Assembly: GCA_038496445.1 (NCBI GenBank)
Contig: JALMLS010000228.1
Coordinates: 124,001 to 188,000 of the forward strand
Direction: 5' to 3'
Length of the DNA stretch: 64,000 bases
Origin: Trichosphaerium sp. ATCC 40318
Taxonomy: Eukaryota > Protista > Tubulinea
Below are positions 27,601 through 39,172 of this stretch, piece after piece (position 1 is the first letter of the stretch; each line of letters begins with the position of its first letter). The notes beneath the pieces are model-generated. The model saw only the letters and a program-made list of their open reading frames with translations. It did no database searches and had not been told where the DNA came from. The position numbers and the translations under genes are program-made.

Positions 27601-28492
27601 TCAACACTTGCAACCACCGCTACTAGACTTCTTCTTTTCTATTTGTTTGTCTGCTTTGTCTCTGTCTACTGAAAGCTCGATTGTATCTCTTCGTCTCTTC
27701 TTTGGAACTGTAATACCATCTTGTCTCGCTGTTATACAATCAGTACTACGTAAATTTAAAGGGGTGTACCTGTGTCTTGCAATGTGGCAACGTATTGTAC
27801 GACTACTTTAAAGAGTCCATCCAAATCTTCTTTTTTAGTGCCATCAACTTCTTTAAAATGTAAATCATTTCTGTCAGCAAAATCTTGTGCCTCCTGCACC
27901 GTAACTTCCCTAACAACAATTAAATAAATGGTAATTCCACCTCCGTCCTAATCACGTGACATACCTTTCGCCTGGCTTTATATTACCAACAAGAAAAACG
28001 ATTATGTTATCCTCAGCCTTAAAGTATATATCCTCTTTTATCCCATTAACAACGGAGTTCATACCAATATTATTAACGTACGCAGCCATAAATTACATTG
28101 ATCAAAAGTATCCTTATTCGTAATATCATAAATAATTATAGCACTCTCTTTATAACGTATCATAGAGTTAAGCATTGCGTGTGGTGAATTTTGTCCTTAT
28201 TTAACACGTGAGAAATAAAATACACCTTTTAAACATTTACCTGGAGTATCGTATACGTTTAACTTAACGGTTTTACCTTCTAAAGTAACAATAGTCTGAT
28301 CACGTGGTTAGTATTTTTTTGTTAAAGCAAATTTAACCTAAAATACCAACACGTTCGTGCCTGTCCAAAGTGAACCACTTGTCCTGCACGTGCTTCGTTT
28401 GTAGACGTGCCATTTGTTAAGAATGTTGTTTTACCAACTCCTTGGCTACCAATAAGCATAACGGAGTAGAACTCTTCTTCTGTTGCCATCAT
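27601..28492 (-). CDS. Atypical Rab-like small GTPase
   Basis: GSQGVGKT, VKLNVYDTPG, AIIIYDITNKDTF, LVGNIKP (degenerate G4), REVTVQEAQDFA, and C-terminal GGCKC* (CxC prenylation motif). Confidence 0.8.
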
Positions 28493-28856
28493 TTGCGTTA
28501 AAATCCAATGCTACTTTAACGGAAGTACAGAAATTCAAGTCTTTTCTCTTGAGTTTGATGTTTACCATTTACACTTCCCAACATTGCACTTGGTCTTTAA
28601 TCCGTTATCTTTGAGATTGTGAAAACGAATTCATCTTTATCTGAACATAATGACGATTGCATGAACTTGAAAAGCACCGACACATTGCAACGAAAACAGT
28701 TTCAATTCATTACGCATACCAATGTCAATTTCATTCGACGCTTCTATACAACTAAAAGATCGAAAACTGCAATGTGTTTCGCTTGTATTTATATGCAACC
28801 ATTGTTTAAAACATTGTAGGCCTTACGTAGTGCTTGTTATCTTATTTTATTCGTAA

Positions 28857-29404
28857 TTACAATTCTTCTTTATCTTCATCGTCCCATTCTGAAGAGAAGA
28901 TGAACAATTTTCAAACAGAAATGTTAACGCACCTCCCCAATCTCCACCGCCCATGAATCCTCCTACGAACTCCTCCACGTCTTCATCTTCGTCTGGCATT
29001 TGTAGTACAGACAATGGATTTATGGCAAGTCCTTGTTTTACCTTTTTTAATACATGAGATCTTTTTATCAACACGTTACTATTAATTCTGTAGCGTACAT
29101 CATCTGTTGTCTTCTTGAACGCTTTATCTGCCTCTTTTCTAACCTACAACGCTAATAAATACGAAAATAGCGCCAAAACTCTTAAAAAAAAACCGTTCAT
29201 TAACCACACATGATAAAAAATGTCTCTCTACGCGATAAGTACAAAATAAAAAAAAAAGCTTAGATTCCATACCTTCTTCGCAATGTTATCATATCCCTTC
29301 TTTACGCTATCATAAGCCTTTTGAAAGAAGCTTTTCTTCTTCTTTGCTTCTGCATTTAGTACCAATACACCCACAAGCAACAACACGACTACTATAAACC
29401 TCAT
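28857..29404 (-). CDS. Small signal-peptide protein with basic amphipathic segment, acidic tail and KEEL terminus
   Basis: MRFIVVVLLLVGVLVLNAEA|KKKKSFFQKAYDSVKKGYDNIAKK|VRKEADKAFKK...; the spliced last exon reads EWDDEDKEEL*. Confidence 0.7.
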
Positions 29405-29510
29405 TACGTGGCAGTTAAAACACGTGTACAACAAATTAAGGACAGAGATTAAGTTGTTTTTCGGAACGCTTTAAGCCGTTACGGAGCGTGGTAATTGAGT
29501 ACAACAGTAG

Positions 29511-31709
29511 ATGACTAACATACAAACACTTACAGCTAGCCGTACGCTGTATAAATACATCATTAGGCGAGGTTGTATGTCATTTATAGTTTGTAGAGAA
29601 GATAGACGTGTTACTTTCGCGAGGATTAAAGTGGATTCGCGTAGAATTCGTTGATAATAACGGTTTAATTAAAACAAAGGTAAATCAGAATGAATCAGTG
29701 ATATTACGCTATAACACGCGTTAAATACGTGAGTTAACACGTTTTACAAGGCTTTTAGAGTTTCGAAACAATCTGGTTTAGATCTTGTAGAAAATGGTCC
29801 AGGGTTCGTTTCGTGCGTACACATCCTCGCTGTAAGATCAATAATACACTCAATACGACCCTTATAATGCTAGTACAACAATAGTATACCTCCTAATAAT
29901 GGCACAGAAAACGCCAAAGGCGAAGTTAGGCATGACTATTTTTTATTCAGGATTTTCTTGGTAACTTTATAAACAGGTTAGTGCCTTGTTGGGATACCCT
30001 CAGAGCTCTTCCATGGAACCTTAAATGGGGATCTGTATTCGGCCAATTCCGTAGTTTCGGAGATGATGGTATATCTGGTCCTTGGGCATCGTGTAGCAGA
30101 ACGTACTTGCATCGAATGGCAAAGATATTAAACTACAAAGTGAAAAGTAAGCTTCCAAAAAAATCAGTTAGTAAAGCACGTGGTTACACGTGTCAACTAA
30201 AAATACTGCACCTTTAGTTGGTATTGAGTATGAGTTTACGCTATGGAAAATGGAGAACGGCAAGTAAGTTTGTTGACCGAACTTCAGTTCATAGTGTCTT
30301 GGCTAAAAATGAGCTTACAATTTGCTCTTAAGGAGGAAAAGAGCCTTCACAAGTCATTTTGCGGGAGCACACGCACTTGAAGAGTATGTTATTTGTTACT
30401 TTTGCTTGGTTTGTTGTTAATAAAAATAGAGTTGGTCCATTCATTGAAGATCTAGCAGATGCTCTTGAAAAACAAAATATACTTGTTGAATTGGTACACG
30501 CAGAAGGAGGTCCAGGTGCTCTTGAGGTACCCGTGAATATATTAACATTAAATTCTTAAATGTAATTCAGGTAGTTATAAGATATGATGACTTGCTTAAA
30601 ATGGCAGATAATCATGTACATGCGCCTTTGGGCACTCCCAACAAAAGTCAGCAAAAATTTGTTAACGTTTTTTTTAGACAATCTTCAGAGAAACACTTCG
30701 AGTCATTGCTACAAAACATAACTACCAGGTATTACGCAGTGTTATTATAAACGTCAAATAACATTGCAGGCTTGTGTTTTACCTAAAGTATCACCAACAG
30801 AATCAGGATCAGGATTACACATACACATGTCACTATGGAATGAAGAAAACATAAACCTTCCATTTAACCACCCAGACGTTCAATGTACTCGTCCTTCATC
30901 AATTATCTGAAACTGACATGCTTAGCGTTTATTTCTGGAATATTACATCATTTAAGAGCTATATCAGCTGTAACATGTCCATCTGTTAGCTCTTACAACA
31001 GACTTAGCCCAAACACTTGGTCAGGTACTTAACCTACTTTTCGTCTTATTGAAAAAGCAATAAACAGCTTTCCTCTAGTAACACTGGTTGTTATGGTAAC
31101 TAAGTAACTAAAATATCAAAGGTGCTTATGCTGTTTGGGGATTTGATAACAAGGAATGTGCTGTGCGTGTACCGATAAATCATAATGGAGGAGAATCACT
31201 TCATTGGGAGTTAAAAACATCAGATTGTACACAAAATATATACTTGGGTCTTGGTGTTATTTTAGCAGCAGGAATGGATGGTATAAAAGAGGAAATGAAG
31301 ATGCCTAAAGAATGTACTGGAAACCCACATGATATTAAGGATGAAGCGTACGCACAAGTTACTTTTTTTTAAATTTCTTCAAATTTGTTCTATTGGAGAA
31401 GTTTGATTATAAACTGCCTTATTTAGAGGGATAGTACATCTACCTAAGTCTCTAGAAGAGGCCATTAAAGCGTTTAAAGATGATAAAGTAATATCTGGGT
31501 CCATGCCTGAGGTACACATCCGATTAGAATGATCTGAAACACAGTTTCTGCTTGTGTTTTAATCAGTTTTATCATTCGGTGTATTCATTAGTTATCTTTA
31601 CTTATCAATGTAAAAGGAACTGCGTACATCATTTGTTGCTACACGAGAACATGAATGGAACATGTGGCATGATAAGGACCAAACTGATACTTACTTTCAG
31701 ATGTATTAA
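29511..31709 (+). CDS. Glutamine synthetase type I-like (FluG/gamma-glutamylamide ligase-like) protein
   Basis: LVPCWDTLRALPW, VGIEYEF, VHAEGGPGALE, PK..SGSGLHIHMSLW, SSYNRLSPNTWS|GAYAVWGFDNKECAVRVP, WELKTSDCTQNIYLGL, LPKSLEEA. Confidence 0.88.
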
Positions 31710-32004
31710 AAAAACTTCAGGTTGTTATACGAATAAAACATACCTTCTACAATACTCCAACATTGCCTCCGACCACTCTACTCACCAGCTCAAGCACCGC
31801 CTAATACAGCGCCTCCCCAACGACTGCGTATAACAACAGCATCACAAGTGCATTCAATTACATTAACAACCTGGAACCAACCAATCAACAAGCCAATTTG
31901 TACAAATAAAAATTGTATCTTCCACCAAAAAAAAATCTGTGAAGAATTATCTTGATTTATCCTTCTTAGCCGCAAAAGTACAAATAAACGACACACCATC
32001 GTAC

Positions 32005-33213
32005 ATGTGCGTACCACTTTCCTAAAAACCGTTTTTTAAGTTATACATCACTAAAGGTTAACCTCAAACGTTTCTTGGCTTGCTGCTTTATTTGCAAGTA
32101 TAGCCATTGCTATTTCTCTTGGTTTTGATTGTTCTTCTTCAGATAACCTCATTCTTAAAGGTCTTAATCCTCTATGTAAAAGGTAAGCAGTGATCACGTG
32201 ATTTTTAAGCATTTTTCGCTCAATTTATTCTAAAACGAAGAGAGAATAGCCGTTTAGAGCTTCCTCAACCAAATTTTATTCTATAGTCTACCAACCCCTT
32301 CTACACTACTCAAATGTACCCAAAATATGCATCGCTTGTAGTGGAGAACCCCGTGAGTTTAACGAAAAACTTTTCCAACAGATTTTTCTGCTTTATGTTT
32401 TTCTTTTGAGGGCAAGCTTCAGCTTGTTCCTTTGTTATTGTAAAGATCTTTTTTCTTCAAGTTTATTATCTAGATAATAAATTTAATTCATGTCAGCAAC
32501 GGAAATAGAAAGTGGTGCCCGTACGCAAATGGTACATCTGCTTACGAAGACTTTCCTCACCAAGCTTGGTATTTCGGACAAGTTATTAAAGGACTCGCTT
32601 CCGCTCCACCAGAGTGCCTCAATACAAGCGTAGTACAATCGACTCTCGACATAATGAATGAACACATGGCTGACCCCAAACAGGATGGATTTATGAACAT
32701 TTGGTGCGCAAGGCAATAGACCAATAGCTCCTAGCTACCATTCAATTTTTTCTGATATTGTTGAAAAAAAAAAGTTGTAAAGGTTCGTTAGGACTGTGTT
32801 TCAGGCACAATACTATGATACTCCACGTAAGCCTGGTGCACGTATTGAATCAGCGTATACGCTTGGTATGAAGTGCTGGGGATTTGCGTACTTGGAACAG
32901 AAAGCAAATCCTGCGCCAATTGTTTCACACTTGAAATCTGCTGGAGCAAAAGGTAACTTGACTGCGCTCGTAGCAAGCTACAACATTGCAGCGCCAACAA
33001 CCATGGCTTTATGTGATAAAGTACGTAATAATTGCTTCGTAAATGCAACATATGATCCAAGTAGAAAAGGAACTTGTCCAGGCGAGGTAAGAAATCAACC
33101 TGCTGTTTTCTCATAAAAATCTTTGAACTAAAATTCTTGTGTAGCTATTGTACTTCCACACAGGATTCCTTAAGGAAAATCTACTGGTCGAAGAGATTAA
33201 ATACCCATGGTAG
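32005..33213 (+). CDS. Secreted hypothetical Cys-containing protein
   Basis: Predicted AT|G start split by intron 32007-32056, then signal-like LTSNVSWLAALFASIAIAISLG. Later exons read KCWGFAYL..ALCDKVRNNCFVNATYDPSRKGTCP and end IKYPW*. Confidence 0.55.
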
Positions 33214-33493
33214 ATAAGACATAACAAAAAAAGAACGTGTAAAAGACTCGAGTCTTGTCAGAAAAATAAACAAACACCAAAAGTTTGCCCAAGCTCAGAA
33301 TTCACTGAAAGTAAAACAGACAAAAAAACAACCACCGTAACTTTTTCATAACTACAGAATATGGTACATAAAACCTCCATTATTTTACTATTAGAATTAT
33401 TGAAAGGCACCAATACCATTGCCTTCTCAACATATCAGCACATTAAAAAGAAACGAAGCTTTGGTTTTTTTTTGTACAAAACTATTTTTTCTT

Positions 33494-36122
33494 TTATTGG
33501 TTTGAATCAGCAGTATCTTTTGTTGCTACTTCCTTTCTTACCTTCCTTTTAGACTTACGTCTCTGTGATTTTGTACTTTTAGCATCTCTAGCACTCTTTG
33601 GAGGCTCAAGATCAGAGCTAGCTTCCTCTTTTCCTTCTTTTTTAGTTGACTTCTTTTTGCTGCTGCCATCCTCCGTATCAACTAGTGTGACGTCGTTCTT
33701 GCTCTTTTTACGCTTCTTAGCAGGCATTGTCAAAGGTACATCAACTTCATCCATAACTGTCTCAGTCATAAACGTATAGAACCTATCAGCATAGTAGCTA
33801 GGTTCAACAACTGAAATATCTTCACCATTGCCTCCAATACTTCTTAAAAAGTGTTCAAGTTGTTTTCGTTTTCCGTAACGTCCAAGGATATCAATGATAC
33901 CGAGCTTAACATACTCGTATCTTTCTTCATCTTTGTTCCATGTACGTATACCTAAAGCGCAATTCTTTAGTACACGATAAAAGGTAACTATATAAAACAA
34001 AGCTCTTACATCCATCACAAAGTGTGAACAAACTGTCTTTGAAAATAGCATTCTTTTCGCCTCGAGGAACGTCTTTTCTGTTAGCTTTATCTACACGTGC
34101 TTTAATGACTGCTTTGTTTTCTTCTGTCACGTAATGAACCTAAAAAAATCTATTAGAAACCAAGTACAAAAGGCGAAAAACGAAGAAACTTTGAGGCAAC
34201 AAAAAGGTCAAGATAGACTTACACCAACAAGAAGACTGTAGTCCATAAGCCTATTATCAGCAAGGAACTGAGAGTCTAATTTTAATTGCTGTTGGAGAGA
34301 CGCCCAGAGCTCCTTAGGGATGTAAACCTTCCTCTTATTTTCAACAATATCCAAATCTTTCCATGTGGATACTTTAGCTTTTTTATGTTCTGGAACATAC
34401 CGTCCTAAATACAACTCTCTTAACATCTTAAACGTATAAATATTAAAACTTACCATATGTGGAACCCTTTAAATCATATTTTTCAATTGGATCGTGGTAA
34501 ACATCACTAAATAATCGTTAACAAAAGGTATTCGGTGAAAAAATTAGCTAACAAAAAACTTGACGCAGCACCAGGTAGTACTGTTGTTGTAATATTCCTT
34601 ACCTGTTAAATACGTTATTCATAATAAAGAATCGAATAACACCACCAACACCAGAATGTTTCATTGAGTACAACCCGTAGATTCTAGGTAATAAAGTGTT
34701 TGGATTCTTTCTCAAATACTGATAATAAATCGGCAAGAAACTCCACAAGAAATCTCTTTCATCCTATAAAAAAACAATAAATACAAACAAATCAAACAAC
34801 TACATTAAGAACACTATTGAAAATATTCAAAAAAATAACTACATTAACAAATAGACGAACAGTGTTCACAAAATTCAAAAAAAAAGAGCGAAAAAACATT
34901 CAACAAATCTCTGTTTTTTCACGTACCCCAGTAGCTGTTTTTAGTACAAATCGAGAATCTTTTGATATTATCATGAAAGCACCACTCTTACCTTCTCCCT
35001 AACAGATCATCAGTAAAGATGACGACCGTACAAAATAAAAATAAATTTCCGCGATAAAAATAGTATGTACCTTTACAGCAAACACGTTATCTGCGCGGAA
35101 AGAATGAAGTACATCTTGTTCAGTTATTTCTGAAAGCTTACGTATTTTATGAAAGACGCGAGGCGCAAAATCTTTAAATTTCAAAATATCTCCTTTAGGA
35201 CCAACTGTACGCTCTTGTATAGTCTGATAAGAGTAACTAAAATAAGATAATGTTAACTAGCATACATACAACGTAAACAAACAAGCAGCAAACGAGAAAT
35301 TCGCAAAAATAGTTGAAAAAAGAAGAAAAAAAAACAATGAACTCTTTGTTATGCTCTCTTGCCTGTAATCTTTCTTTTCTAGCTCTACATCAGTGATAAA
35401 CTTCTTGTCAAGCACAAAACGAAGTCCCATGCGGATATCAACAATCCAGTTTGGATCAAATGCTGTTTTCTTTTGTTTCTCTTTATCAGGTTTATCAGAC
35501 GAGCTCTTTTTCGATGATCCTGTATTTGTTGCGCTATCTGATTTTGTAGGTTCGATTAACGTTGAACTCTCACTTTGTGAACCCGCCGTTGGGTCATTTT
35601 TATCTATTAAATCAGTTAGGAACGTTTTAAACGCATGTTAGGAGTATAAAGTAGTATTTGTGTACCTCCTCTTGTAAAGTCGTCTTCTTCATCAAATTCA
35701 TACAGGTTCTTTTGAATCTATGCATTTTTAGTAAGAAGGAGTAGAAAGGAGGCTAGTTGAAGGGAAATTTAACTACAAGAAAGGCAATCGTACCAGTACT
35801 ACCCCCTCGAGTGCTTTTAGGTCCTCCTTGAGCTCTTCGTTCTGTTCCTTCAATTTGTGCACCTTCATGCGTTGTTATAGTTTTAAGTTTGAACTAACGT
35901 ACTCTAGCCCTTAGTTTGCGGGTTTCATCGCTTTTGTTGTGATACTTCTTTTCTAGCTTCTCGTACTCTTGCTTCAATTTACTGTACGACCACTTTAGTG
36001 ACGCTCCTTTTGGTTTCTACGACCGTTGTTATTGACACGGCTAAACCTAAACATACCTTCTTTCCACCACTGACGGGTTTATTTTGCTCCTCTTCAGCCG
36101 TTGGACTGGTTTTCTCGCTCAT
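33494..36122 (-). CDS. Phosphatidylinositol-phosphate kinase (PIP5K family)
   Basis: FKDFAPRVFHKIR, GKSGAFMIISKDSRFVLKT, NPNTLLPRFYG, YDLKGST, WKDLD, DSQFL..MDYSLLVGV, GIIDIL, ISVVEPSYYADRF. Coiled-coil N-terminus. Confidence 0.92.
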
Positions 36123-36224
36123 CGTTGCGACTACACTATTTTTGACTCGTAATTTTTGGCTTATTCAGTGCAAACGTTAAGTTCGCGAATTAAATGCTTT
36201 GCGCAGTTTGATTAGCAATCAACT

Positions 36225-37924
36225 ATGGGCAATACTACAGCAACACAAAATACAGTTCCCACGAACCCAATTCAGCTACGAACAAAGGCTGCTGAAGTAC
36301 TCAAGGAGTTATTTACAGGTCAGTAAAAATAAACACAGTTACACTTTTCGTGCTCAAAAGTATATAGAAGGCAAAGGTGATGCGAGAGCGCTAGCAGTAT
36401 CTTATTTGCTGAAATTGGGAGACGAAGAACGTAGTATCATCATAGGAGAAGCTCAAGCGCATCTAAAAAGCATATCAGAATGGCTTGAAGAATTTAAAGA
36501 TCATAAAGTAGAGGATCATGGAAAACAGGGTGCAATATGCGATGTAACCCTCCACAAGCGCGACGCAGAACTGCCTACGGAGTCTGGCTTCAAAACGGTA
36601 ACTTTTAACAGAAATAACAATTATTAATCTCAATAGCTTGAAAACGACCAACTGTGGCCTGAGACAGAAGCAATGGATCCAACAAGAGACGTTTTTGGTT
36701 TCTACATTGTACCACAATTAAGACCACGTGAGCGGCAAGTCAAAATACAATTTTTTCTGCAAACTAATATTTTTTATTCAGTATGAAGCTTTGTTGCTTG
36801 TCTAAACGCTGGTACGACCTTATGAGCCAAGAATGGCTTTGGCGTCCTTATGTTGAAAAGTACTATGATTGCAAAAAACTCAAGCTGCCACTATACAACT
36901 TCACACCAAGTAATATGTGGAAACGTGTTTGGAATGAAGTTGGGTCATGGCCTCCTCTAGGATCTATAGTACACGTGACTTTAAAAAAGAGAAAGTTTAA
37001 TGGTTATGTTGTATTTAAACTTGACCAAAACAGATTCTTGTTGTACACAAAACAAACAGACAACATATATGCTGCTAGAACTCCAAAGTTCTACTGGTTC
37101 GATAGAAAGCAAGACAGCTATAATATAAGGCCTTTGAGTACGTAGAAGTCTTTGTTTTTTTTGTCCTTGGGTTGGCTTTGCTTATGTTCTTACTAAGGAG
37201 AAAATGAGGTTATTGCAAATCAAGACGTTAAAAAGAAGTACGTGGAGATGCAAAAGATTGTAAGAAACCGCTTGTCACAACCACTATCCTATTGGCCAAG
37301 CGACCATGCATTATCGATGTATACAAGTTCAGCAGGTCATAATTCATTATGTATTTATATCCCACGTGCGTAGTATTTCCCATCATAAAACCCTTGAAAC
37401 GAGAAGACGCATGGTAGTTACTAACCCTGTATCCGTTAAGGTGAAAAATTGGAATACATGACAAAAACGTTCCTCACTATTCGAGTACTACCAACAAAAA
37501 AGTTCATCATGATAAAGCCATTTGTTGGCGGATTAGTAGAGTGTGTGGACACTGTTAAAAAGTGGTATTCGTGTACGTTATATATTTTTTTATGTATATC
37601 ATTGTTGTCTTTTGTAATAACAGAGATGGTAGCAACTATCGTTGAGATTAAAGATAAAACCAAAGTGAAAATACATTACGAAGGATGGACTGACAAGTGG
37701 GATGAATTCATTGATTACAAGGAAAACTCAGAACGTTTCAGACCATACGATCCTAGCAGGTACTAGATTTATTATAGTTTTCTTGTTTTATTTATGAATT
37801 ATAAAGGGCTGTACAAGGTAAGAGTACCTATTCAGATGCATTTCATAAGAAGAACCTGGTACCATTTAAAAACGTGACACCTTTTGAATTTTGGACAGAC
37901 AAACCTCTTGACCAGGATGTATAA
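36225..37924 (+). CDS. Possibly N-myristoylated F-box protein with C-terminal Tudor/chromo-barrel-like domain
   Basis: Start MGNTTA. F-box-like LCCLSKRWYDLMSQEWLWR. C-terminal VGGLVECVDTVKKWY..ATIVEIKDKTKVKIHYEGWTDKWDEFI. Confidence 0.65.
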
Positions 37925-38117
37925 AACAATAAACGAAATAGTATTTGGTGTTTCAGTAGTAACAATAATACCTGCCAAAATATTTGGGACCGAAGAAATA
38001 TTTGATCATCGTCAGTTGAAAGGAACTAATATGTGACCTTTTGTTGACTTTTTTTTTTTCTGATTGAAAATGTGGTTGGTTTCTTGAATTGTAAAACTGC
38101 CTCGTCAGCAATACAAA

Positions 38118-39004
38118 ATGTACAATACTCGCAGGGCTAACGATATTAACTGGAAAGCAGCCTTTAACACGCATGACCTCACTCCACAATTACAAAATCA
38201 TCTTACAGCGGTTTATGCTACATTAACAGCTTTGCTGTTCTCTGCCTCTGTTGGGGCTGTAGCTCATCTGTATTTGAATATCGGAGGAATATTGGCAATG
38301 ATTGCCACATTCGCGATGCTAGCTTGGCTAACTTTAATGCCAGCTACACCAGAAAACGCTCAAAAGCGTTTGGGCATTGCAGTCGGTTTTGGATTCTTTC
38401 AAGGTGCTGTTGTTGGTACACTACTTGAAGTAGTTCTTGGACTAGAAGGAGGAGCTGGGTTCGTTAATTTTGTACAAATTACGTTTGGCATTGTGACTAA
38501 CTTCAAACCTCAAACAGAATTATTCTTACAGCGTTCGCTGCATCAACAGTGATGTTCGCATGTTTCAGCGCAGCTGCACTCTTGGCCAAACGACGCAGCT
38601 ATTTGTACTTGGGAGCATTCCTATTTAACGCCTTGTGGTTTATGGTACGTTATTAAAGCGATTTGCGTTTGTTGGTTAAACTGACAGTTTTTTTTCTCTT
38701 AGAGCTTGTTGAGTTTCGTAAGCTTATTCATCCCAATGCCATTCTTCATGGGTATCAAGATCTACGCTGGTCTCGTAATGTTTTGTGGATTTGTCATCTT
38801 CGATACTCAACTTATTGTTGAAAAAGCAGCTCTTGGTGATGGTGACTACGTCAACCACGCCATCCACTTATTTGTTGGTACGTGTCAAAAATGTTGACAC
38901 TTTTTACGTTTCTTCTTGGCTCATTTTGTTGTTTAGACTTTGTCGCAATATTCGTGCGTGTTGTTATTCTTCTCTCAAAGAACAAGAAGCGTAGAAAGGA
39001 TTAA
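38118..39004 (+). CDS. Bax inhibitor-1 (TMBIM6 family)
   Basis: [66 protein letters not shown]|[22 protein letters not shown]. Confidence 0.95.
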
Positions 39005-39172
39005 ATCAAAAAAGTCGGATCTTTTTTTGCTGCATCCTAATAAAGTTGTAAAAACGTAAAACTGTGTTGATTGTTGTGAAAAGACGTATATTTCGTTGTA
39101 GCTAAGAGTTTGGTAAGCTTAAAGCTGCTTAACGCTCATTCACGTTTATCTGTGTCTAAAGACGCGTACACG

